Shown: in pieces, positions 7,991 through 14,291 of the stretch
Layout: the number at the start of each line of letters is the position of its first letter
Numbering within the stretch: position 1 is the stretch's first letter
From: a virus
IMG/VR virus record: IMGVR_UViG_3300029523_000035
Location: 1 to 16,058 of that record
Strand: one strand, 5' to 3'
Length of the DNA stretch: 16,058 nt
Program-made: the position numbers and the translations under genes
The notes under the pieces: model-generated
Databases searched by the model: none
Told to the model about the DNA's origin: nothing
What the model saw: only the letters and a program-made list of their open reading frames with translations

Positions 7991-8977
7991 TTAAAGCATA
8001 TATAACATATCTTTTGCGTAAACGAATTCAGTTCCACAAGCGCGTGCCAGTCCTCCGCCAAATGTCCCAGGGCATTCTACTCCGTTCGGGTCTTTTCCCT
8101 GTAACAAACATATGATTTCCAGTGCTGTCACAAGATACTGAGTTTCACCCCTTTTTACATAATGTTTTCCTGCTTTTGCCCTTGTTTTTTTACCTACAAT
8201 ACCGTCTTCTGCAATGGTATAGCCATAGTCCTTATTCATTGCTCTCTGCACTACACGAACCGCCATTCTTTTAGTGTTTCTTCCAACAATGCCGTCAACA
8301 GCGATTTGAACACCCGTAAAATTAATGGCGTGCTGTTGCCCTAAAGCAATCAATTCATTTCTTGGTTTTGAGTGACTAGTAGACGGAGGCGGTGTAGTAG
8401 GTGTAGCACTTGAAACTCCGTAGTCTTTGTAAACGTGGTTCACATCACATCTTCCGTTAATACCATCAACAGACCCGTTACTAGAATACTGCCAAATATC
8501 AACATTATCTACACCTAACACATTCGAGTATCTAGCTATCCACAAATCATATCCCCATGTTTCACCGATATAACTCTCAAACCATGATTTACTAGCGTAG
8601 ATTCCTGCTTTATATCCATGCGTTAGCATTGCATCACAAAAGCGCTTTGCGTTGTGCTTTGCTACTCTTTGTGTCCCTTTTTCTTCGCTGTCAAAAAAGA
8701 CAGGTAGATTAGGTGTGTGTCCTTGTAACAATCTAAGACAATGATTGATTTCACCCTCGATTCTAGCTGTGGTTTTTGCGTAGGAATAAAAATATACTCC
8801 ATATGGAATACCCAACCGTTCACATTCACTGACGTTTCGACTCCATTGTTTATCGTCTTGCGATGCCATGTCTTGCCCGTATCCGCATCGAATAATTACA
8901 TAATCGACAGCGTTTTTTAATCTCTCAAAATCAATGACACCGTTATGATATGAGATATCTACAGCTTTTTTACTCAT
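7991..8977 (-). CDS. Endolysin: GH25 muramidase with C-terminal peptidoglycan-binding repeats
   Basis: 328 aa. The N-terminus VDISYHNGVIDF...YVIIRCGYG...GIPYGVYFYSY...DLWIARYS...IWQYSS.G.VDGI.G.CDVN is the classic GH25 pattern. A Pro/Thr/Ser linker follows. Two DGIVG(R/K)(N/K)T motifs are typical of PG_binding_1 domains. Confidence 0.85.
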   Translation of the reverse strand: MSKKAVDISYHNGVIDFERLKNAVDYVIIRCGYGQDMASQDDKQWSRNVSECERLGIPYGVYFYSYAKTTARIEGEINHCLRLLQGHTPNLPVFFDSEEKGTQRVAKHNAKRFCDAMLTHGYKAGIYASKSWFESYIGETWGYDLWIARYSNVLGVDNVDIWQYSSNGSVDGINGRCDVNHVYKDYGVSSATPTTPPPSTSHSKPRNELIALGQQHAINFTGVQIAVDGIVGRNTKRMAVRVVQRAMNKDYGYTIAEDGIVGKKTRAKAGKHYVKRGETQYLVTALEIICLLQGKDPNGVECPGTFGGGLARACGTEFVYAKDMLYML

Positions 8978-9206
8978 GTTTCATGTCCTCCTTACTATCA
9001 AAAATGTCACAGATACGTTGTAGTGCTAACGTATTATTATTTAGCGCGTTCGTAATATCTGTCATTTCTTCCTTGTGTTCTTCCGTCATTTTTTCAATTT
9101 TTTGGTCGTTTTTGTCCTCCCTGTACTTTACATACCACATGGACGCACACGCAACCACGGTCGGAAGTCCTAAACTATTAATTAATGTGATAACTTCATT
9201 TATCAT
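8970..9206 (-). CDS. Holin-like protein, BhlA/UviB family
   Basis: 78 aa from ATG 9206 (RBS AAGGAGGTG, 5-nt spacer). It has a single N-terminal TM segment (LINSLGLPTVVACASMWYV) followed by a charged coiled-coil tail, as in BhlA/UviB. It overlaps the endolysin start by 8 nt. The longer ORF-track version (to 9296) reads through a promoter and the parS sites and is rejected. Confidence 0.7.
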   Translation of the reverse strand: MINEVITLINSLGLPTVVACASMWYVKYREDKNDQKIEKMTEEHKEEMTDITNALNNNTLALQRICDIFDSKEDMKHE

Positions 9207-9227
9207 GATATCACCTCCTTTTTTTCT

Positions 9228-9256
9228 ATCATAACACAAATAGATTTGTTTGTAAA
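9228..9256 (-). promoter_or_regulatory. Sigma-A type promoter for the lysis/structural operon
   Basis: On the minus strand: TTTACA (9256-9251), 17-nt spacer, TGtTATGAT (-10 = 9233-9228). The holin RBS lies about 10 nt downstream. Confidence 0.65.
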
Positions 9257-9262
9257 TAAAAA

Positions 9263-9280
9263 ATGTTTCACGTGAAACAT
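9263..9280. promoter_or_regulatory. parS: parS-type site (perfect 18-bp palindrome)
   Basis: ATGTTTCACGTGAAACAT. It lies 6 nt from the -35 of the 9228-9256 promoter. On the minus strand it is followed by a T-tract, so it could also act as an intrinsic terminator hairpin. Confidence 0.85.
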
Positions 9281-9295
9281 TGTCCACGTGAAACA
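9280..9295. promoter_or_regulatory. Degenerate parS-like site (14/16)
   Basis: TTGTCCACGTGAAACA has a perfect right half and two mismatches in the left half. It abuts the perfect copy. Confidence 0.5.
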
Positions 9296-9415
9296 TGTTG
9301 TACGTTACAAAATAATCGAATCAAAGGGGACGCAAAGCCAAAAATTGATATCGAACTACTTGTTCATGTGCGTGTATATCAATTACAATGTTCGTGTTAT
9401 TTTGGGTACAACATT

Positions 9416-9444
9416 ATGATAACACATATAATTTAAAATGTCAA
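9416..9444 (-). promoter_or_regulatory. Strong sigma-A type promoter
   Basis: On the minus strand: TTGACA (9444-9439), 17-nt spacer, TGtTATCAT (-10 = 9421-9416). The -35 shares its first base with the parS palindrome 9444-9461. Confidence 0.7.
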
Positions 9445-9461
9445 TGTTTCACGTGAAACAT
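9444..9461. promoter_or_regulatory. parS: parS-type site (perfect 18-bp palindrome)
   Basis: ATGTTTCACGTGAAACAT. It overlaps the stop codon of the packaging ATPase gene on one side and the -35 TTGACA on the other. Confidence 0.85.
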
Positions 9462-10507
9462 TAAAAAGATATGGCATCAAATATCATATTCTTACACTCC
9501 AAATTTTCAAACATAAGTAAACCTCTATTGAAATATTCACGCAACATTGCTACAATATAATGCGTTGAATTCACACGTATAGCTGTGTTGTCTATGACAT
9601 CATTTTTTGTAAAGCATATCCGCATCGGAAAACTTTCATCTGCCCCTGTTGATATATACATACATGTATCATATCTTCTTGCGTTGTACATTTTTTCGTT
9701 GAACTTAATAGTGCAAATATACCGTGATTGTCCTGTTGGTTTCCCTATTAAGCAATCATTATCATTCAAATATCTATTTTCACTTGCATACGCATTATAA
9801 CTAGCACCTTGAAACGCTCTAGCAATACCACTTTCCTTATAAGCTGTGGACGCATTTTCATTATACGTTCGCTCAAATACCCAACCATCTCCACGCAATA
9901 TTTTAGTATTATATTTTAGCATTTTATTGATACCAAAAACGCTATAATAAGGGTTCAACAATGACACGGTATTTGATGCCATATATAACATAACTCTTCT
10001 ATGCTGTTTTCCGTGACCTGCACTAATCGTTGTAAGCAACGATAAAAGTTTATTTACTTCATTAGATAAATATACGTTATCTTCATCTTGATATTCGTCA
10101 AAAAATACAGAACGAATATTGACAAATAACCCACGCATTTTTTTATACTTTCTTGCAACAGATAAAGCTAAACAATATCCACATGGCTCTTCATTTAGAA
10201 ATAGTTGTATCAATGAGCCATTCATTAAACTCTTTTCAGTCATAACATAACCGTCAAATTGTTCAGATATATCACCAAAATATGTATCAGCACAGTTTTT
10301 CATATCAACAACATTCCTGTATAAATAAATAAATTGGTTTTCGGGTCTGTATTTATCCTTTAAAAAATCAGATACTTGTCTAGACTTAATGGAATAACTT
10401 TTGCCTGCTGTTCTATTTCCATCTACAATATAAATATCGGGTGTTTCCCCATTTTTATCTTTTAAAGTTAATAATCTATCGCAATGATAATATCCATCAT
10501 TCATCAT
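9461..10507 (-). CDS. DNA encapsidation (packaging) ATPase, phi29 gp16-like
   Basis: Walker A is DGNRTAGKSY and Walker B is VFFDEYQDE. At ~348 aa it is comparable to gp16. The preferred start is ATG 10507 (GGAGGTG 6 nt upstream). ATG 10522 has no SD and in fact forms part of that SD. Confidence 0.88.
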   Translation of the reverse strand: MMNDGYYHCDRLLTLKDKNGETPDIYIVDGNRTAGKSYSIKSRQVSDFLKDKYRPENQFIYLYRNVVDMKNCADTYFGDISEQFDGYVMTEKSLMNGSLIQLFLNEEPCGYCLALSVARKYKKMRGLFVNIRSVFFDEYQDEDNVYLSNEVNKLLSLLTTISAGHGKQHRRVMLYMASNTVSLLNPYYSVFGINKMLKYNTKILRGDGWVFERTYNENASTAYKESGIARAFQGASYNAYASENRYLNDNDCLIGKPTGQSRYICTIKFNEKMYNARRYDTCMYISTGADESFPMRICFTKNDVIDNTAIRVNSTHYIVAMLREYFNRGLLMFENLECKNMIFDAISF

Positions 10508-10524
10508 TTTTAGCACCTCCATTC

Positions 10525-10542
10525 ATGTTTCACGTGAAACAT
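10525..10542. promoter_or_regulatory. parS: parS-type site (perfect; extends to the 20-bp palindrome CATGTTTCACGTGAAACATG, 10524-10543)
   Basis: Sits between the early-operon terminator and the ATPase RBS. Confidence 0.85.
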
Positions 10543-10544
10543 GA

Positions 10545-10578
10545 GTTTTATAAAAGAGGTGGCATATAGCCACCCCCC
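10545..10578 (-). terminator. Rho-independent terminator of the early transcription unit
   Basis: On the minus strand: GGGGTGGC-tatat-GCCACCTC (8-bp stem, one G-U pair) followed by TTTTATAAAA. It lies 43 nt after the stop of the 116-aa gene. Confidence 0.7.
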
Positions 10579-10620
10579 TTTAGAAGAAGAGAAATAAAAT
10601 GGTATTCTCACGGCATCATA

Positions 10621-10971
10621 TTATAAATTTGATACGTCTAAGGTACAATTGATATAATCGCGTCCTGCTTTTGTCTTTCCGCTAATTTTAATGATAGAGA
10701 ATTTTTCTCCCTCCATGACACTTTCAATGTCTTTCAAAGACTGTCTAAAGGTTGCAGACTGTCCAGAATACACTTTCTTATCCGGCGTAATAATACTTAC
10801 AATCTCCTGCACATCTCCGTTATCTTTGATATCATCAAAGATAAGATATCCGTCAATTGGGATAGATTCTCCATCATCAATATTTTTTAATGGCTCAATG
10901 TCTGGTGCTGTAGTCATAAGATACTTCTCGACCTTTGTAAACTCTCTACTCATTTCTTTAATTTCTACCAT
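10621..10971 (-). CDS. Hypothetical early protein (116 aa); candidate DNA-binding replication accessory protein by position only
   Basis: Good RBS (AGGAGGTAAAG). Second gene of a short unit with its own promoter, placed between the polymerase and the terminator. This is analogous to phi29 genes 5/6 (SSB/DBP). I recognise no motif. Confidence 0.55.
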   Translation of the reverse strand: MVEIKEMSREFTKVEKYLMTTAPDIEPLKNIDDGESIPIDGYLIFDDIKDNGDVQEIVSIITPDKKVYSGQSATFRQSLKDIESVMEGEKFSIIKISGKTKAGRDYINCTLDVSNL

Positions 10972-10995
10972 AATTCTTTACCTCCTGTTTTCCTG

Positions 10996-11295
10996 TTAAT
11001 CTTCCTTTTTCATTTCCTGCAACTCTGCTTCAGTAACAATTTTTTCACTCTTAACATCTGAGTTGAGTAAGAACTGCTCATCAGTCATAACACGTTTTTC
11101 CAATTTAAACTTAATGTCTAAAATGGAAACAATGTCCCCTTTGTACTGCTTTTCAATCAAGATTTCCGCTTTATCTCTTGTCTTGCAATTTGGTAATTTC
11201 TCGTCAAAGTAATCTTTCTTGATTACCCCTGTCTCCTTGTCTTTGTAGATTCTTTCTACAGATACCTCCGCTGTGACTAATGTCCTTGTAAACAT
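10996..11295 (-). CDS. Hypothetical early protein (99 aa)
   Basis: Start ATG 11295 is preceded by AAAGGAGGAAAACAAG. The ORF-track extension to 11382 runs through the promoter and lacks an RBS. The protein is Lys/Glu-rich. No motif recognised. Confidence 0.6.
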   Translation of the reverse strand: MFTRTLVTAEVSVERIYKDKETGVIKKDYFDEKLPNCKTRDKAEILIEKQYKGDIVSILDIKFKLEKRVMTDEQFLLNSDVKSEKIVTEAELQEMKKED

Positions 11296-11349
11296 CTTGT
11301 TTTCCTCCTTTTTTCTGTTTCTTTGAGTGTGAATTGCAATGTAATATGT

Positions 11350-11426
11350 TTTATTTATTACATTATTATAATAACACAACAACTAGATATAGTCAAGTGT
11401 TATATTATAATTTTTATTTTTTATCT
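11350..11426. repeat. Direct repeat copy A (~77 bp) carrying a promoter
   Basis: About 85% identical to 11624-11695. The first 28 nt (TTTATTTATTACATTATTATAATAACAC) are identical in both copies. Confidence 0.85.
11368..11396 (-). promoter_or_regulatory. Sigma-A type promoter (repeat copy A)
   Basis: On the minus strand: TTGACT (11396-11391), 17-nt spacer, TGtTATTAT (-10 = 11373-11368). It drives the 99-aa and 116-aa genes. Confidence 0.7.
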
Positions 11427-11601
11427 AAATCTCTTACATATATACTATCTGTATCAGCATATAAAAAACCATCACGAATAGTGATAAGTTTAGCCGTAAT
11501 CTCAGCGTTTTTTAAATTTGTATCAGTTCTTACATTACTACTATGTGACATTGAGCTTACCCCGTACAAGCTGTTTAACGGATGTTCAATTTTTTACCCA
11601 T
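11414..11601 (-). pseudogene. DNA polymerase B-derived relic / mini-ORF, frame-interrupted at an A6 run
   Basis: A strong RBS (AAAGGAGG) and ATG 11601 open only 8 codons (MGKKLNIR*). The -1 frame is open from 11593 to 11414 and reads KIEHPLNSLYGVSSMSHSSN...ITIRDGFLYADTDSIYVRDLDKK. Compare this phage's own polymerase: LNNLYGKFAMSDNSS (motif B) and FCYADTDSIHLIGLDK (motif C). One extra A in the run 11590-11595 would fuse the frames into a 62-aa ORF. Confidence 0.4.
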
Positions 11602-11623
11602 CTTTGTTCCTCCTTTTTTCTAC

Positions 11624-11695
11624 TTTATTTATTACATTATTATAATAACACGACGCTAAAATATAGTCAAGTATTATATCATAATTTTTTTATCT
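11624..11695. repeat. Direct repeat copy B (~72 bp) carrying a promoter; overlaps the polymerase stop codon
   Basis: See copy A. Confidence 0.85.
11642..11670 (-). promoter_or_regulatory. Sigma-A type promoter (repeat copy B)
   Basis: On the minus strand: TTGACT (11670-11665), 17-nt spacer, TGtTATTAT (-10 = 11647-11642). It lies immediately after the DNA polymerase stop (11674). Confidence 0.7.
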
Positions 11696-13560
11696 TTTTG
11701 AGCGTGGATTTTAAAGTCTTTATTTCTTAATACAATACCACCTTTCACACGCTCTGCTTTTAAATTACAACTATCCATACTAAGACCTGTAGATAACTCA
11801 GATATGTCCTTTTCTTCTTCAATAAATTTACGTTTAGCTTGGCTACTCATTCCACAAGCTTTAATATCAAGATAAGGCTTGCAAGGGACATGATTTTCTT
11901 CAACTATATGCTCTGCATAAGTCTTTTGGCGCTCATAATACGCAAAATCAAAAGTACTTTCACATTTCCAGCAACAAAAATTTGTCGGGTGTTCTACCAC
12001 CTTGTTTGCTTTGTCAAGTCCAATTAAATGAATCGAATCTGTATCAGCGTAGCAAAAACGGTCATAATTTGCCATAGCGTGTCGAATTGTAAAATTCATG
12101 GCATAAGATGTAATGGCACTACCTATTGGAATATATCCTACTTTCTTTTCGTGTTCCTCATGCAGAATAAATCTAATAATACCATCATCGTCAAGATAAG
12201 GCTCTTTATAAGAGGAGTTATCCGACATTGCAAATTTCCCATAAAGATTATTTAAAAAGAGTTTTGCTTTCTGTCTCTTAAAACCTTTTGAAGTTCTTTT
12301 CTCTTCACCGTATTTATCTATGTATTCATCGAAAAAACCTGTCCTTGCATAGAACCACACATAATCATATATGACCAAGTCAAAAATATCGTAAGTTTCC
12401 TTAAACAACTCCCAGTCGGTGCAAGTCATAGTGAGTGTAATATTTGTATCATGCATCTGTCCATCAATATCACGATAATATCGGTAGTATTCGCCTTTAT
12501 ACCTAACGTTGGAGCTATATAGATTTTCATTCGCCTTATATAATGTACTCTGTCTAATATGTACCCATGGAAAAGCTCCTTTTTTTAACTGAAAACGACA
12601 GTTAAATCGAATGAAAAAATATTTATTATCGGAGCTTATAAGTTCATCGGGTGGCGCTCCCCTATGGTATTCCCCGTGCCCAAATGGATATTTGTTGCCA
12701 CTAATGCTATGCATCATGGACGGGTACAGAGAGTTTACGTCAAGCACTAAACCCCAACCAACTACCGTGTGCGCATATTGAGGATTAACATAACACCATC
12801 CCCCGTGAAATGATTTATGAACATAATCCCACTGATTCCATACACCTGTTATTGATTCATCAAGATAATCTTCTCTGATATCGGGAAACAACTTATCATA
12901 TTGTTTCTTTTCATAAAAGCCTTTAAATTCTGCCAAACAGCACGAACCTATTGTCAATTTATCATGCTTTTCGTCAAACATCATTTCTAATGCTTCTTTT
13001 AACACTAACACATCATTTTCAATATATTTCTTTTCACTTTCTGTTATTTCGCAATAAGCGTACCTTTCACCCTCATAATTCATGTCTAATTTTTGGTGTT
13101 TTGTGTCAAATGATTTCCCGATATTTTTCAATGAGGATGGCATAAGCTTTAAAGAGTTTCGAATCTCCAAAAAAGTCTTATTCCATTTTAATTTAACCCA
13201 GTACCATGAGCCCATATCAGATATACAGGTTTGAAATTCTTTTGATTTCATTTCTTTATCTTTACAGTGCACCCAACGCCAACCCTCTTTTAACAGAAAA
13301 TCAATGATGAATGAACCGTCAAAAGCGAGGTTATGAAAGTACAATATATTATTGCCTTTCATTGTCAAAAACCTGTTTAAAAAATCTCTTATCGAATGAG
13401 TTATTGTTACAGTTTCAGTGTTGTCATATAAAGCCACATCAGCCCCACTCCATACTTCTGTACTGTCTTGTTTTTTACCTTTTTCTTGCTCTACTTTTTC
13501 ACCCCATACCGTTGTCTCAAAGTCACAAGCCCAAAAGGTTATTTGCTTTTTTCGTGGCAT
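11674..13560 (-). CDS. Protein-primed family B DNA polymerase (phi29 gp2-like)
   Basis: 628 aa. Motifs seen: ExoI CDFETT, ExoII YFHNLAFDGSFI, ExoIII YIENDVLVL, motif A LDVNSLYPSMM, motif B KLFLNNLYGKF, motif C YADTDSIH, and KxY QKTYAEH. The long spacing between motifs B and C is consistent with a TPR2 insertion. Confidence 0.97.
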   Translation of the reverse strand: MPRKKQITFWACDFETTVWGEKVEQEKGKKQDSTEVWSGADVALYDNTETVTITHSIRDFLNRFLTMKGNNILYFHNLAFDGSFIIDFLLKEGWRWVHCKDKEMKSKEFQTCISDMGSWYWVKLKWNKTFLEIRNSLKLMPSSLKNIGKSFDTKHQKLDMNYEGERYAYCEITESEKKYIENDVLVLKEALEMMFDEKHDKLTIGSCCLAEFKGFYEKKQYDKLFPDIREDYLDESITGVWNQWDYVHKSFHGGWCYVNPQYAHTVVGWGLVLDVNSLYPSMMHSISGNKYPFGHGEYHRGAPPDELISSDNKYFFIRFNCRFQLKKGAFPWVHIRQSTLYKANENLYSSNVRYKGEYYRYYRDIDGQMHDTNITLTMTCTDWELFKETYDIFDLVIYDYVWFYARTGFFDEYIDKYGEEKRTSKGFKRQKAKLFLNNLYGKFAMSDNSSYKEPYLDDDGIIRFILHEEHEKKVGYIPIGSAITSYAMNFTIRHAMANYDRFCYADTDSIHLIGLDKANKVVEHPTNFCCWKCESTFDFAYYERQKTYAEHIVEENHVPCKPYLDIKACGMSSQAKRKFIEEEKDISELSTGLSMDSCNLKAERVKGGIVLRNKDFKIHAQKDKKIMI

Positions 13561-13577
13561 TTATACTCACCTCTTTT

Positions 13578-14288
13578 TTATTCATTCTCAATAACAATAT
13601 CTTGTTCCTGTAGAAATTCTTGAAAATCTTCTGTAGAACTAAGAACACCCATTCTTCGCAAAATATTCCAAAACACAGCGTCAACCGTAGCTTTGTCCAT
13701 ATATGGCTCTGTTGGGAATGCTTCGGGTTCTTTTGCGTATGTATAAGCAAATAACGCTCTTTCTTTATCTGACGCATTAGCCAGTAAAGCATCTGTTTTT
13801 TCTCTAAGGTAACTCGCTGTTTTTGGTACAAAACTTTCTAAAGAATCGTACCACGAATCAATAATAGCTTCATAATCTAATACAGGTGTTGTTTCAATAA
13901 CTATTATACCCGTCCTTTGTAGCTTTTTCAATTCTTCAACCGTAGTATAACCTTGTATTCTAGCATATTCCTGCTCTTGCGGAGTTAATTTTATAAAAAC
14001 TCTGTTTCTTTCAAGAGCGTGTTTACGTCCATATTCTTTAGAAGTTATAACCTCGCCAGTAAGCATATCAACAACCGTTGCATTTTTTCGTATTTCTTTT
14101 GCAATCTGCTTTTTAATTCTATCTATTGAAACTTGCGTTGGATTTTTTACTCGCTTAATTATCTTTACTTGTACACCTTGTTTCTGTTGATTTCTAACAC
14201 GAGCTAGATATTTATTATATTCTTTAGCATATTGCTGTTGCAATATAGACGCTTTTGTTTGTTTCTTTTTAATACGCTTATTTGCCAT
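13578..14288 (-). CDS. Putative terminal protein (phi29 gp3 analogue)
   Basis: 236 aa, immediately upstream of the polymerase as in phi29. It has a very basic N-terminal third (MANKRIKKKQTK...RVRNQQKQ) and an acidic C-terminal region. ITRs imply a terminal protein. Assigned by synteny and composition only. Confidence 0.6.
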   Translation of the reverse strand: MANKRIKKKQTKASILQQQYAKEYNKYLARVRNQQKQGVQVKIIKRVKNPTQVSIDRIKKQIAKEIRKNATVVDMLTGEVITSKEYGRKHALERNRVFIKLTPQEQEYARIQGYTTVEELKKLQRTGIIVIETTPVLDYEAIIDSWYDSLESFVPKTASYLREKTDALLANASDKERALFAYTYAKEPEAFPTEPYMDKATVDAVFWNILRRMGVLSSTEDFQEFLQEQDIVIENE

Positions 14289-14291
14289 ATT

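Larger units (their letters stand above)
9254..9409 (-). ncRNA. Candidate structured non-coding RNA (pRNA-like?) or structured leader
   Basis: Contains no ORF. The predicted TSS (~9409) lies 7 nt after the -10 of the 9416-9444 promoter. The 110-nt segment 9409-9300 closes on itself (GUAC/GUAC, CAAAAUAA/UUAUUUUG, CGAA/UUCG) around a 9-bp + 4-bp hairpin. The unit ends with the parS palindrome 9280-9263 followed by UUUUUAUUU, a terminator-like hairpin. Confidence 0.3.

Noticed and set aside
9207-9296. N-terminal 30-codon extension of the holin ORF (MFHVDNVSRETFF...)
   Set aside because: The extension is simply the translation of the parS palindromes and the promoter. The internal ATG 9206 has a perfect AAGGAGGTG RBS.
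9297-9312. The short palindrome-like TTGTACGTTACAA as a regulator site
   Set aside because: It is imperfect (4-bp arms). It is better explained as part of the long-range 5'/3' helix of the candidate RNA.
11296-11382. N-terminal 29-codon extension of the 99-aa early gene
   Set aside because: It reads through the -10 region of the promoter and has no RBS. The internal ATG 11295 has AAAGGAGG upstream.
11575-11601. The 8-codon ORF MGKKLNIR as a regulatory leader peptide
   Set aside because: It is possible, but the adjacent -1 frame continues a polymerase-like sequence from inside it. A frameshift or indel interpretation is therefore more economical.
11414-11640. The promoter-flanked ~200-nt segment after the polymerase gene as the pRNA gene
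   Set aside because: It has a strong RBS and ATG, and an open frame with recognisable polymerase motifs B and C. A coding relic or mini-gene explains it better. The hairpin-plus-T-tract at 11466-11495 lies inside that frame and has only a 5+4-bp stem.
4557-12086. Spo0A boxes: TTCGACA at 4557-4563 and TGTCGAA at 12080-12086
   Set aside because: There are only two 7-mer hits, both inside coding regions and away from promoters. About two are expected by chance in 16 kb on two strands, so there is no evidence of enrichment.
340-13613. All plus-strand ORFs in the track: 340-753, 1428-1634, 1499-1696, 2345-2542, 4001-4201, 4354-4551, 5485-5670, 5807-6199, 6580-6792, 6974-7225, 8162-8344, 8950-9234, 9585-9800, 10691-10999, 11334-11645, 11518-11730, 11839-12027, 12028-12255, 12951-13145, 13311-13613, and also 14471-14743
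   Set aside because: Each lies antisense to a well-supported minus-strand gene, or spans promoter or terminator DNA. None has a Shine-Dalgarno sequence. Their translations are low-complexity and Leu/Ser/Phe/Cys-rich, which is typical of the reverse strand of AT-rich coding DNA. Every strong RBS in the genome is on the minus strand.
13523-13831. Minus-strand 102-aa ORF overlapping the terminal protein gene and the polymerase start
   Set aside because: It is an alternative frame of the terminal-protein gene, has no RBS, and runs across the polymerase RBS and start.
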